Assembly: GCA_033442325.1 (NCBI GenBank)
Contig: JAWQFM010000030.1
Span: 154,323-218,322, forward strand
DNA length: 64,000 nt
Direction: 5' to 3'
Origin: Salpingoeca rosetta
Taxonomy: Eukaryota; Protista; Choanoflagellata
In this document: positions 1-19,978 of the stretch, one piece after another
How the letters are laid out: the number at the start of each line of letters is the position of its first letter
Position numbering within the stretch: position 1 is the stretch's first letter
The notes under the pieces: generated by a model
What the model saw: the letters and a program-made list of their open reading frames with translations, nothing else
Told to the model about the DNA's origin: nothing
Database searches by the model: none
Position numbers and translations under genes: made by a program

Positions 1-3000
1 GCGCGACCTCTACCCGCCACTTGTGCCGGCGGCAAGTGTCACCACGACAGCTGCAACAAGTGCAACAGCTGCAACAACGACCGTTGCCACAACTGCAATG
101 AGCGATATGATCGATGCGCACGCTCCCGCCAACACGACATACGTGATCCAATATGCGGTCTCGGATGACGCTGGACACACCACCACCGTGGACCGAACCG
201 TTGTCATCATCGACACTCAGCCGCCAACCATCTCCTTTACTGCCACCACCGCCACTGCCACCACTGCCTTGGTTGCGGCGTTGGATGTGGTGCAGTTGGA
301 GTTTGGGGCTGCAGCAAGGGCGGCTCGCATGCTTGCAGGCAACAGCACCAACGTGGCAGCTGCTGATGTCAATGATGGCGACATCACCGCACACTTGTGC
401 GTGCAAGTTGCGCGCGTCACGCAATTTGCAACGGGCATCCTCCACAACATCACCACCACCAACACCTCCACCGCTGCGACCTGGACAGCAACGCGCGCCC
501 TGGCCTTCATCACCAACACATCATCGTCATCATCATCATTGGTGTCGTGGTTCCAGCTCTCTGTGGTTGATGCTCACGATGAAGTGGGAACGGTGTTTGT
601 TGTCCGCTTCGATGTCACAGACAGGGCGGGGCTGATGGCCGCACCGGCATTTCGTGCCGCTGTCATTGTCGACACAACACCGCCAACCCTCACCCTCCGT
701 TCACCAACCACGGCAGCAACCACAACGACAACTACAAAGACGACAACGACAACAACGACAGCAGGAAATGATACAGTTTCTTCCACCACCACCACTCCCA
801 CCACTGGTAGTAATGCAACAGCGACACCAGGTACAGCATCCACAACCACACCACCACCACCACCACTGACGGTCGTCGTTGGCTACGCCCTTCGCTATCG
901 CGAGCCCGGATTTCGTGCTGTGGACACACACGATGGCGATATAACAAGTGCCGTGGTGGTGGTGGTGAATAGCGGCAGCAGCAATGGTGACAACAGCAAT
1001 GGTGGCAGCAGCATTGATACGCGTGTGCCGGGTGTGTACTCGCTGTTGTATCGAGTGGCAGATGCGAATGGGAACGAGGCAACAGCATCACGCCGTGTTG
1101 TTGTGCAGTCCAAGCCACGCCCACCGCAGCAACAGTCGGATGTTGTTGTGGTTGTGCTGGATGGTGTTTTGCCGCCGGCGCTTTTGCCTGCAGGCAATGA
1201 CACGCGTGCGCTTGAGCTGCACCTCGCCAGCTTGCTGAACAACGCCCCCGTTGTTGTCTTCTCTGTCTACAACACCACCCGTCCACAGCAAGGACGACGA
1301 CGACGACGAGCAAGTGGCGATGACGTGACGGCTGTTGAGTTTGCAGTCAGAAGCGACAGTGTTGGTGGCGGTGTTGGATGGATGGATGGTGGTACAGTCG
1401 CATCGACTCTCGAGTCTGCAGCCAGCGGTGGCGTTGGTGGTGTTGGTGTGCTACGTGTGGCCACGCTGGACGCCATTGCGATGACAACAGCGCCACCAGC
1501 CACCACCGCTCCAATGACAACGACAACAACAACAGCAGCTAGCACGAGCAGCGGTGATGGGCAGACAGGCAACAACAGGGGCAGTGGTGGTAGTGACGAC
1601 GGTACTGTCGCGGGTGCTGTGATTGGAGCATTGGCAGCCGTTGCACTCGTTGTTGTGCTGGCCGTTCTGTTGCGTCGACGGTGGTTTGACAAGAGACACC
1701 AGGGCGCCAGCATCACGTCACCAACACACGCATCGCAAAGGTCCACAACACCACCAGCACCACCGTCAACATCGGCGTCATCGGCCGCAACAGCCACCAC
1801 TGTAGCTGCACCAGGCGCCACACACCCAACCGCCCTTGAAGGAGGACTGAAGGCACATGACGCAATTCACGGTCGCGCGCGTGACCGGAGAAGTGTGGAC
1901 GGACACTACTATGAGATTGACGACGACACCACCACCAGCAGCAGCAGCGGCAACGATGACAGTGCAACCGCTGCTACAAACGTCGGCACCCAAGCAGAAA
2001 TGACAGCACCACCAGCAACAATAACACCCGCGACGGCAGCAACAGCTGCACCAGCGACGTCTGCGGATGCGCGTGGCGGTGACCGTGGCACCGCGCCACA
2101 GCACATACTTGGTGATGGAACTGAAGAGAACGAAGACGATGAGGAGTATGACAAGCGACCTGATACTGTCGGCGCAATGGCTGTGCCGCCCCTGCCACCA
2201 CGAGGCAGAAGCGGCATTGTGCACGCGCCTGATGCTGATTGTCATGGTGGGGATAACAATGTTGGTGATCATGACAGTGACCATGAAGGTGGAGACACAC
2301 CACAGAAGCGAGAGGGGACAGACAAGCAACAACAGCAGCAGCAGCAGCGCAGGGAAGTGCTCTTCACCATACCGCCATCATCATCGCCACCATCGTCATC
2401 GTCACCACCATCATCCTCACGGGACAACGACGTGCATGTGCCCTTGTCCGCAATGATGCGAGGCAGGCTGGAGGTGGTGGACGCTCACAGCACATATGGT
2501 GACACGCAACCAAGACAACAACAACAGCAGCAACAGCAGCAGCAGCAGCAGCAAAAGGAACATGGTGAGGAGGACAGTGACAGCGACAGTGATGACGATG
2601 CTGGCATTGATGTGGATGCATTGAGTTCATCGGGTGGTGTCGCGAGTGCGGCTGCTATGACGAGTGGTGGCGGTGTTGGTGGTGGTCAACAGGATCGCGG
2701 GTCTGTGCGCAGGACGCGCAGACGCTCCAGCCTCAACGACAGCCACGCGTACGAAACCATCTCAGACATCGATGAGGATGATGACGACGACGACAACAAC
2801 AACACCACCAGCTCCAACAACAGCAATGAGAACAGTAACGGCGCGGCGGCGGAGGTGGAGGTGGAGGCGGTGTATGATGTTCCCAAGCGAGAGGCTGTCA
2901 AGAAGACAGCAGCCAACTTGCACCACCAGCACAACGGTGGCGTTGGCGGAGATGAAGGTGGTGCGGGAACAACAACAGCACCGACAACAGAAACAACGTC

Positions 3001-3306
3001 AGCACGCACGACGGCAGGAACACAATCACATCCACAGGAGCTGCGCGTGGAGAACATCTACGAGCAAGTGGATGATGACGACGACGACGATGTCGAGAAC
3101 TACTATGAAGATGTCAGATTTGATCGTCCTGTGGGCAGCAGTGCTGCGCGTGCTCCAGTTGTACACACCGGTGACAATGGCCATGATGGGGATGGTTTGT
3201 ACGACTATCCGAAGCGCGAACCAACTCGCGGCCACAGGACAGCAGCAGCAGCAGCAGCAACAGCAACAACTGCAACCACAGCGCCTGTGGGCATTCCTTC
3301 TTCACG

Positions 3307-3344
<38 letters not shown>

Positions 3345-3584
3345 TGCCCGCACGGAAGAAAGCGAAAGTTGAACCGAGACGGAAGCGGCGATCCAGGAAG
3401 CAGCCAACAGTGCCGTCACGACCGCCATCACTGCCACCCATCTCAACATCGTCCGCATCATCATCGAGGACAGCAACACGATCAACTCACCACCAACACC
3501 ACCACCAACAGCACCACCAACAACAAGCGCGTGAGCAGGCCACAGCGTCACCGTCCACGCATCTCCCATTACCGTCACTCCCAA

Positions 3585-3615
<31 letters not shown>

Positions 3616-4330
3616 GCAGCCCGCAGACAGCACCACGAGTGCAAATGGGCCTGGCTTGCGGGTTGTTGATGAGGACTTGTTTGCGCCAACGCCAATGGCA
3701 ATGAAGTCCACACACAAGCATGACAGCCATCACGCCACCGACACCACCACCGCCGCTTCTGTCACCAGTACGAGTGGTGGCAACGACAACAACAGGTCAG
3801 CGCAACAGCAGTCATCATCACGACGTGTTCACGTCACGTGCACGCGCGACCTGGAGCAGGAAGCAGAAACGTTGCCTGGCTTCATCGGACGGAAATCGCG
3901 CACAGCAGCAGAGGATGTGCTGTTGGGTCCACCAACCACCACATCAGCCACAACATCAGCCACACCATCAACAGCAGCCACGTTACCATCGCCATCACGC
4001 GGGGTGGTGGGCACGTACGTGTGGCGCCTGTCTGACCGGCAGAGCGGGGTGGTGCTGTCGCTGGTGGTGAGCGCGTCCGTGTGCGAGCACCACATCTTCA
4101 CGTGGGACGACAAGACAGGCGAGGTGTTGGTGAACGGGAAACCCATTGGATACAGCGATGGACGGGATGGACGTGCTGGTGATGGACGTGGTGATGGACG
4201 TGCTGGTGATGGAAGAGTGGGTGGAAGGGGGAAGTGTTGCGGGCTGAGTGCGGCGCTGGCTGAGATCCAGGTACACCCGCAAGGTGTCATGACCACTGCA
4301 CCAACAACGCCAGCACACGTGCCCAGATGA
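1..4330 (+). CDS. Single-pass receptor (5'-partial): DUF5011/HYR-like Ig repeats, SEA-like segment, TM helix, Tyr-motif-rich disordered tail, C-terminal SH2 domain
   Basis: ORF 23..4330, open towards the window start. Three Ig-like repeat signatures: YVIQYAVSDDAGHTTTVDRTVVIIDTQPPTI, FDVTDRAGLMAAPAFRAAVIVDTTPPTLTL, YREPGFRAVDTHDGDIT...IDTRVPGVYSLLYRVADANGNEATASRRVVV. Polybasic RRRRR at ~1295-1309. TM GAVIGALAAVALVVVLAVLL followed by RRR (~1601-1680). SH2-like FIGRKSRTAAEDVLL...GTYVWRLSDRQSGVVLSLVV...EHHIF (~3872-4310). Confidence 0.8.
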
Positions 4331-4871
4331 CCGGAGGGCGGGTGATGTGTGTGTGTGTGTGTGTGGGGGGGGGGGTGTATCTGTGTGTTTATGCGATGTG
4401 GGCTGTCATGTTGGGTTGTGTGTGGGTGTGTGTTGTATTGTTGAGACGCCATGGGTTTGGTCGTGTTGATATGGTTCGCCTGCTGTGACATTGTTGGCTG
4501 TCCGTTTCATACTTTGTGTTGCACGTCTGCATTTCATTTCACCCTCGTGCAACGCTTGCCCCCACCCCTCTCTTTTTCCCAACACACGATTGTATCTTGA
4601 GCATGGCTGTACTTTTTCTCGTGTCCGTCCCACTGCACACACACACACACACACATCACACACACACACACACACACATCACACACACACACACACATGG
4701 TGACAGCAGACCAAAGAATAAAGGAGTTGTGATGAGAAAGTGTGAAGCAAAATCAAGGAGGAAATGAACAAAACCTCAACCGCTGTGGCTGAAATTACAA
4801 CAGCGAGACATGAATGACAATCAAAAGCATCGTGTAAGCAAGTTAACAGCACCCCCCCCCCCCCACCGCAA

Positions 4872-6940
4872 CTACTGTGACATGAACACATCCCCCTCAT
4901 CCCCACCATCATCATCGCCATCATCATTACGACGAGTGGGAACTGCAATGTGCTCCCGCTCATCGTTGTCTGTCTCTGTCTCCTCCCCGTCATCATCACC
5001 ACCACCACCACCATCACCACCATCACCACCACCATCGCCACCACCATCACCACCATCACCACCACGTGCGCTGTACGCGTATTGCTGCGGGTGCTGCTGC
5101 TGCTGCTGCTGATGATGATGGATGGCTGCTGCATCCGTCAATGCTGGCGGCGACACAAACACCACGTTGCTGGCATTTGCGGTGCTGGTGTGGCCTCTAT
5201 TGTTGTGGCTGTTGTGGGTCGTGACATTTGAGCCACCGCCGTTGCTGCTGGTGTTGATGCAGCCGCCACGCAACACGCCAGGGTCACTCGTTGACGCCAC
5301 AGAGGCGGAAGCGTCGCCATGTGCGCCACCATGTCGCTGCTGCTGTTGTTGCCCTTGCATTTGCACTGCTGACACACGCATGGCTGCTGTTGTTGCCACG
5401 GTTGCTGTCTCTGTTGTTGGCGGTTGGGATGGTGTTGTTGATGGTGCTCCTGTTGTTGCTGTAGCATGTCCTCCCACCGTTATCGTCCGTTGCTGCTGTG
5501 GCTGATACTGTGTCGACGGCATTGCGTGCGCTTCGTCCTTGGGCTGCATGCGTGCGCCATGTACTCTTGCCCTCCTTACCGCTGCCACCGCTGATGCTGA
5601 TACTGACGCTGTTGTTGTTGTTGGTGCCACCATGCCACGACCGCCGTGCCCGCGCTCTGCTGCGATGATGCTGCTGAGTTGTTGTCGCACGCGTGCAATC
5701 TCCCTTGTCAGTTCCGCACGCTTCTCCTCCAACTGCTTGGCAACCTCCACCGACCGCAGCCGTGTTTTCTGCTGACTCAGCTTATTGTGCAACCGCCTCC
5801 GCTCCCGTTTGTACACGCGGCGCGCGTGTTCGCTCGGCAAATCGGCGAGAAAGTCCGCAAACTCCTGTCGCCCCATCGCCATGAGCGCCTTGCGTGTGAT
5901 GCCACCACCCCCTCGCTGCTGCTGCTGCTGCTGCTGCTGCTCGTGTTGCTGCGGTTGTTGCTGTTGTTGCTGTTGCTGTAGTTGGTGTTGCTGTTGTTGG
6001 TATTGATCTCCCTTGCCACCACCACCATCACCACCATCGCCACTGCCGCAGCTGTCACCGTCGCCACCACACGGCATGCCAATGTCAATGATGCCACCTG
6101 TCTCAAACTCGCCAAACAGCGCATCAGCAAGGCACGCGCCCCCCTCATCATCACCATCATCACCATCATCGCCATCATCGTCGCCATCATCACCATCATC
6201 ATCCAGCTCCCCTGTGCTGTGTCGCCTCGCTACTGCTCCGCCACCGCGCGCCGTGCTCTTGCGGCGGTGGCGTCTGCGGGCTGCTGTTGTCGCTGTTGTC
6301 GCTGCTGGTGTGGTCGCCGTGGCGCTGGATGTGGTGGATGTGGCGGTGCGTGGTGGGGCAGCTGCACTGCTTGTGGAGGAGGGCTCAGCGTCTGTCACGT
6401 CTTCCGCCCTTCCACCACCCTTCCCTCTCCGTCCTCCCCTCCCTCTTCCTCCTCGAGCCCCTCGTCCTCTTCCCCGTCGCGCTGTTGCTGAGGACGCCTC
6501 GTTTCGGGCGTTCCCTCCACTTGTGCTTCGTCTCTTTGTACCGCCACGCCCACCGCGGCCCCGCTTGCTTGCAGGCACGCTGCTCTTTGACGCCAGCGAG
6601 GCGCCCGTTGCCTCTTCTGTCGTCATGGCGGTGGCGATGGTTGATGCTGATGCTGTCATTGACGTTGCTCTCTTTCGACGCCCACCGCGGCCGCGAACAG
6701 CGGTTGTAGCGGTGGCTGCAGTAGTAGTGGTAGTGGTTGCCATGGTAGGTGCGTGTGGGTGGCTGCTGCGTGCCTGTGAGGCTGCTGGATCTGCCAAAGC
6801 GGTGACGAAAGGCATGGTGATGCGACCTTCCATATCCATGCGTGCGGGCGACGAAAGCGCACTCGACGAAGTTGTTGTTGTCACCGCTGATGATTCGCCT
6901 GAAGTGGTAGTTGTTGTTGTTGTTGTTGTTGCTGTTGTTG

Positions 6941-6972
<32 letters not shown>

Positions 6973-7136
6973 GGTGGTGGTGGTGGTGGCGTTTGCCTCG
7001 TTGCGCCAATTGTGCTTGTCATGGCTGTTGTGCTTTGCCTTGTGGCTGCTGCTGCTGCTGATGGTGGCACCACCTGCTCTGACATTGCAATTGCGTCCAG
7101 CATGCTGCGTGCAAGGTGTTGGTGTTGCTGCTGGTG

Positions 7137-7175
<39 letters not shown>

Positions 7176-7814
7176 TTCCGAGTTTCCGTGGGCCTTGAGC
7201 AAAATGGACAGCTGCTGTGCAAGCAATGGATCTGGGGTCAAGATGGTGGCTCCGCTTCGCCCACTTGCATCTGGCGTGACGGCGATCTTGTCCCTGAAGT
7301 CGGGGTGGGTTTGTAGCAGGTGTCGGCACAATGCTTGCAGGGCATCGCCGCCATGCTCCTGCCGTTGTTGCTGTGGTTGTGGCAGCGGTTGTAGCTGTGG
7401 CAGTGGTTGTGGTTGTGGTTGTGGTTGTGGTTGTTGGTTGGGGTCGGATGGGACTGCTGTTGATGATGGTGATGATACGTGCGATGCTGTTTTTGTTGTT
7501 GCTATTGCCGTCGTTGCTGCTATGGGTGCGACCTTTGGTCGCTTGGTGACTGGTTGTTGCCCCTCATCCTTCTGCAAATGGTGTGGTGGTTGGGGTTGTT
7601 GGCCTCGCTGCTGTTGGCGGTGTTGCTTATCATCACGGCGCTGATCACTTGTCTGCATTTGTGCTTTGTTGCGGTCGTCGTCGGTGTTGTTGTTGATGTT
7701 TTTGTTGCTCTTCGGATTGTTGTTCTTCGTCTTGTTGGTGGTGCTGCTGTTCTGCGTTGCTGGGGGCGTGCGCTCTGTTGCCGCAGGTGTCGCTTGCACG
7801 TCTTTTGAGCTCAT
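4872..7814 (-). CDS. bZIP transcription factor with a Maf/CNC-like extended homology region; apparently single exon
   Basis: ATG at 7814 (MSSKDVQ) inside ORF 4872..7913. Basic region KRERRRLHNKLSQQKTR has the N-x7-R pattern and is followed by the zipper LEEKRAELTREIARVRQQL (~5900-5665). RG-rich segments and polyQ/P/T tracts elsewhere. Confidence 0.8.
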
Positions 7815-8031
7815 CGCACTCCCGTCTGAGAGAGAGCGCCAATGCGTTGAGTGTGTGCTGTGTGTACGTGTGTTTCCCCCAAAGCAAGCAAGCAAGCACG
7901 CAAACACGCACACGACGCAAACAAACGCTTGTGCTGACTGTGTCGTCGCGGAGACGGAAAAGTGGCCAAAGTCTTACGCTAATCATCAGCACTTCACACC
8001 ACCCAATACGAGCACAACAGCAACACACACG

Positions 8032-8153
<122 letters not shown>

Positions 8154-8155
8154 AG

Positions 8156-10440
8156 ATGAGCAAGGTTGTGTTGATAGGCAAAGGTACTGCACCAAAAGGG
8201 TTTGGAAAGACAGACAAGCAGCGTGTGACATATTCGACGCGGTCACAGTGGACTCCGGCAGCAACAAAGTGCTGGCAACTCCTCAAGGACAACGGGCGAG
8301 CGTCTCGTCTCCCGATCACCAGGCCTGTGCCCTTGCGCTCGCTCACATGACACGATTTCACCGCACCTCGCTTTCTTCACCCTGCGTCTAATGATGCGCG
8401 CTCTTGTACATACCGTGACCCGCAGCTTTCCTTTCTTGTGCGGATGCGCGAGAGAGGAAGGGGGAGAGAGACAGAGAGACAGAGACAGAGACAGAGAGTC
8501 AGAGACAGTGACAGTGACAGAGACAGCTTGCCCAAGAGCCACCTCCACTTGAACACCACTGCACGCCTTTGCTGCATTGGCAACACGCGCCTTGCTCTTC
8601 ACTGTTTGCGATTGTTCATCGGGCCTCCCCTTCTACCTCTTCCCCGTCTTCCCGCTTCTCCCACCTCTTCCTCCTTCCACATTCCCTTGTCTTTGCTCGT
8701 GCTCCTTCGCGTGTCGCTGTGGCCTTCTTGCTTCTGGTTTGGTTCCCTGCTTGTCTTCTCCACATATTGCTCTTCGTGCGCCATCTATCCCGCTGGCTTC
8801 CCTTGTGTTTCCCTGTCTGTTTCTTCCCATTTCGTTGTAAAGGGCGCAACGAAGCGGCGGCAGCTGCAATTACGTTCGCATCACGCCCATCCATGACCCA
8901 AAACACCCCGCCAACGGACAGGTGCGTGTGGCTGTATGCAATGTGTGCGTCTGTGTGCGTCTGTGTGCGTCTGTGTCCGCGCGGGCGTGTGCGTGTGAGT
9001 ACACCTTGTGTATGTGTATGCGTGTGTTCAATGCGTTCACCAATCCGTCCCCATCATCGTCCCCCTCGTCCTGCCTGCCCTCCTGTGCAGTCTGGACTGT
9101 TTGCGGCCCGCACGCTGAATGAGGGCGATTGGGTGATCGATTACATCGGCTTCGTATCCACAGAGGACGAGTGCAGCAGCACCAGGTAAAGCTGTGGGAT
9201 TGCGTATGTGTATGTGTGTGTACGTGCGTGTGTGTGTGTCTTGTCTGTATGCGTGTGTTTGTGTGCGTCTGTGTGTGTGGCTGTGTGCGTGTCTGTTGGT
9301 GAATGCATTTGAATTTGTATCAAGCTGGCTCTGGCGTGCGTACACAACAGCAACTGTAATCGTAACCACATGCACTCACACCACATCATCGTCTCCCTCC
9401 CCATATTTAATTCCCATTGCACCGCGTGCAGCGATTACACGCTGCGGCTTGTTGCCGGACTGGCCGTCGATGCAGAGGTGTTTGGCAACGAGGCTCGCTA
9501 TATCAACGACTACAGGTGTGTGTGTGTGCATGTGTGTGCGAACTCATGTGTGCTTGTGTGTGTGTGTGTGCATGTGTATGCCTGTGTGTGTGTGTGTGCG
9601 ATGCAAGTGCTTGCACGCAGCTTCCTGCGCCTGCTAACAAACATGCAAACACACACACGCGCGCGCGCGCGCCACCAGGGGTGTCCCTGGTGCTACACGG
9701 CCAAATGTGGAGGTGAGAGGTGAAGTTGCATGACTTGGCAACAACAGCAGTGTCTTGTGTGCACTGTCACAAAGGCGCGCAATCATTGAGACACACACTT
9801 ACACATGTTCACTCACTCACTCACTCACTCACTCACTCACTCATTCACTCACTCACTCACTCACTCACTCACTCACTCACTCACTCACTCACTCAATCAC
9901 TCACTCGATCACTCACTCACTCACTCACTCACTCACTCATCTACACATACACACACACACCCCACGCACGCACACGCACACACACATCAGTTCTGTTCGG
10001 AGGTGGATATGGACACCGGTTTGCCCGTTATGCGCGTGCGCGTGTGTAAAGGTTGTCGCATCAAGCGTGGACATGAACTCCTGCTCTCCTACGGAAAGGG
10101 ATTCTGGAAGGTGTGTTGGTTGTGCGTGTGTGTGTGTATGTATGTGCATGTACGTGTGTGTGTGTGTGTGTGTGATGCCCGCGCGTCTGTGCGTATGCGT
10201 GTGCATGTGTGTGTGTGTGTGTGCAAATTTACATGTGTTCACATGTGAGCGTTCGTGCACGTTTTGTTCATGGGCGTGAATGTGCGCATGTGCCTGCCAT
10301 GTTCGCCCCCCCCCCCACGGGCGCTTTGTTGGTATTTGGACGTTCACACCCCGCAACTTCTTCCCGTACACGCTCCTCCCCCCCTTGCAATTCACCACCA
10401 CCAACGACAACACGTGCGACAGGAACGGCTGACGTCATGA
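8156..10440 (+). CDS. Small SET-domain lysine methyltransferase, ~7 exons
   Basis: Spliced reading: YVRITPIHDPKHPANGQ (~8843-8921) | SGLFAARTLNEGDWVIDYIGFVS (9091-9185) | DYTLRLVAGLAVDAEVFGNEARYINDYR (9432-9516) | GVPGATRPNVE | FCSEVD...IKRGHELLLSYGKGFWK (9991-10110) | ERLTS*. SET motifs GLFA, RxIN and ELxxxY are present. The first exon (MSKVVLIG, 8156) and its donor site are less certain. Confidence 0.8.
9808..9938. repeat. (ACTC)n tetranucleotide microsatellite in a SET gene intron
   Basis: Imperfect ACTC array. Confidence 0.95.
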
Positions 10441-10587
10441 CTGCAGCTGTTCTGCAGTCCTGATCATAATCATCCCAGAAACATAACAAAACTCAACGAC
10501 ACAGTAAACACAGTGATGCGGCCATCACAAGACCACAAGAGCCCCCTATCCAAAACAGGAACACAGCGTCGTGTCCTCTGCACTCAT

Positions 10588-10659
<72 letters not shown>

Positions 10660-10742
10660 ACACACACACACACACAAAACACCACATACAACTCCCGCAC
10701 AATCGATAATTGGCGAATGTTTTGTTGTAATTTTCGACTGGC

Positions 10743-10758
10743 GGCGGGAACATTCAAA
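10743..10758 (+). promoter_or_regulatory. Candidate CDE/E2F-N4-CHR cell-cycle element upstream of the NEK kinase
   Basis: GGCGGG-AACA-TTCAAA about 270 bp upstream of ATG 11029, in a repeat-free AT-richer island. Confidence 0.4.
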
Positions 10759-11028
10759 CCGCCAACGGTCAATACGAAGACGACGACGAAGAAACGCACA
10801 AAGCACACACACACAAGAAGCACTCATACAGCAACAAGGGTAAGTTAGGGTGACAAGACAAAGGCAAGCGAGGGCGTGTGTGCTTGTGTGCTTGTGTGCT
10901 TGTGTGCTTGCTAGCTCTGTTTCATCCTCCTTGTTTCTGATTTCTGTTTCTTGTACCGTGCCAAGCCCACATGAATCGCCTCACCTTGCGATGCTTGTTT
11001 CTCCCCATGCCACAGCACCGCAGGCGCC

Positions 11029-18583
<7,555 letters not shown>

Positions 18584-18640
18584 TGGTGGTGGTGACAAGA
18601 GAGCTGGGATGGCAGAGTCGAAGAATCCCCGTGCGCGCGC

Positions 18641-18695
<55 letters not shown>

Positions 18696-18982
18696 GTGAA
18701 CCGCGTTCTGGTGGGTGTGATGTGGGCCATCTTTCATGGTGGGTTGTGTCATTTATTGTCCACACTTGTTCAAAACACTAAATGACGAGATACGCTGCAG
18801 GCTTGCATAGAGTTACACGCACGTCGCAAGCGTTCTCCGCAGGAACGTTCTGGGGATGTGGCGAGGCATGAGCACCACACCACACGAACAGGAAACAATT
18901 CGAATTGTATACATGTATAAACACTTCTCTTCACCGGTGCACATGCGTGCAAACTACAAGAAACAGCAACGCATGTGCCGCC

Positions 18983-19312
18983 TTATGGCACGACGTTGAG
19001 GCGTTCTGATGGTGGAAAATACAGCTGGGCGAGCAGGAATGAGCGCTGCAACTGCGCCATTTGCCACAGCTGTTGGTTGTTAACCAAACTCATTGGCGTT
19101 ACACCTCGTTGGTGTTGTGGTGGCTGCTGTTGCTGCTGCTGTTGCTGTGGTTGTGGGTGATGCGCCAACAGAGGAAAGGGCTGCATGCCAGGAAATGAAA
19201 CTGGCAACACCGTTGGCACGCAGACGTGGGGGCCGAATGCAGGGGCGGACACATCATGTTGTTGTTTGAGTTGGTTGGTTGTTGGTGTTGTTGTTGTTGG
19301 TGTTGTTTGAAG

Positions 19313-19371
<59 letters not shown>

Positions 19372-19978
19372 GCAGCCATGTGTCCACACGGCGGCGGTGT
19401 TGCATGTGGCGAGGCAGCTCGTCTCGAGTAATGGCACGGGGAAAGCACGGCGGGAGGTTTGCCCATGTGAGCCGGCTTGGTGCCGGCGTTGTTGGTGTTG
19501 CTGCAACCCCCGCTGGTGCAGTCGCTGTTAGTGACGGCGATGGTGGCGGTGATTTGCCCCTTGACGACGGGGTAGGACTGGAAGCGGACACGAGCTTGGG
19601 GGATACGTGCAGCAGTCGTCTTCCAGCCTTTCGCTGTTGTCGGTGAATGCTGGGTGCATTCTGTCCAGGCACGAGGCGCTCCAGTCCCTCTTCGAAATGA
19701 AGTGGTTCCTCGTCCTCCTCTTCCTGCGGCCGGCTATCACCAGAGGGGCCAGGTTCAGCATACGCATGACTGTCGTTGCGAAGTCGGAGGCAGAGCTGAA
19801 ACATCACGCGGCGAATGACGGCTCGGTCGTTTCGCTTGAGAGCACGCCTGAGTCGTGCCAAAACCGGCAGATGTCGTTGCAGGTCTGCGACGATGGCATC
19901 GGTTGCAGCAGCTTGCTCTTCCACATGCTGCGTGGCTGAGGGTCGGCGTGAGAGCGAGGATGAGGGCGATGCAGGCAT
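18983..19978 (-). CDS. Hypothetical single-exon protein (~331 aa) with polyQ
   Basis: ATG at 19978 in a GCAGCCATG context, within ORF 18983..20362. Has a helical-looking block DAIVADLQRHLPVLARLRRALKRNDRAVIRRVMFQLCLRLRN and polyQ like neighbouring genes. A sense-strand CA tract lies upstream. No recognised domain. Confidence 0.55.

Noticed and set aside
8310-8870. Possible non-canonical (GC-AG) donor for SET exon 1
   Set aside because: Several donor/acceptor combinations are possible and cannot be resolved without transcripts.
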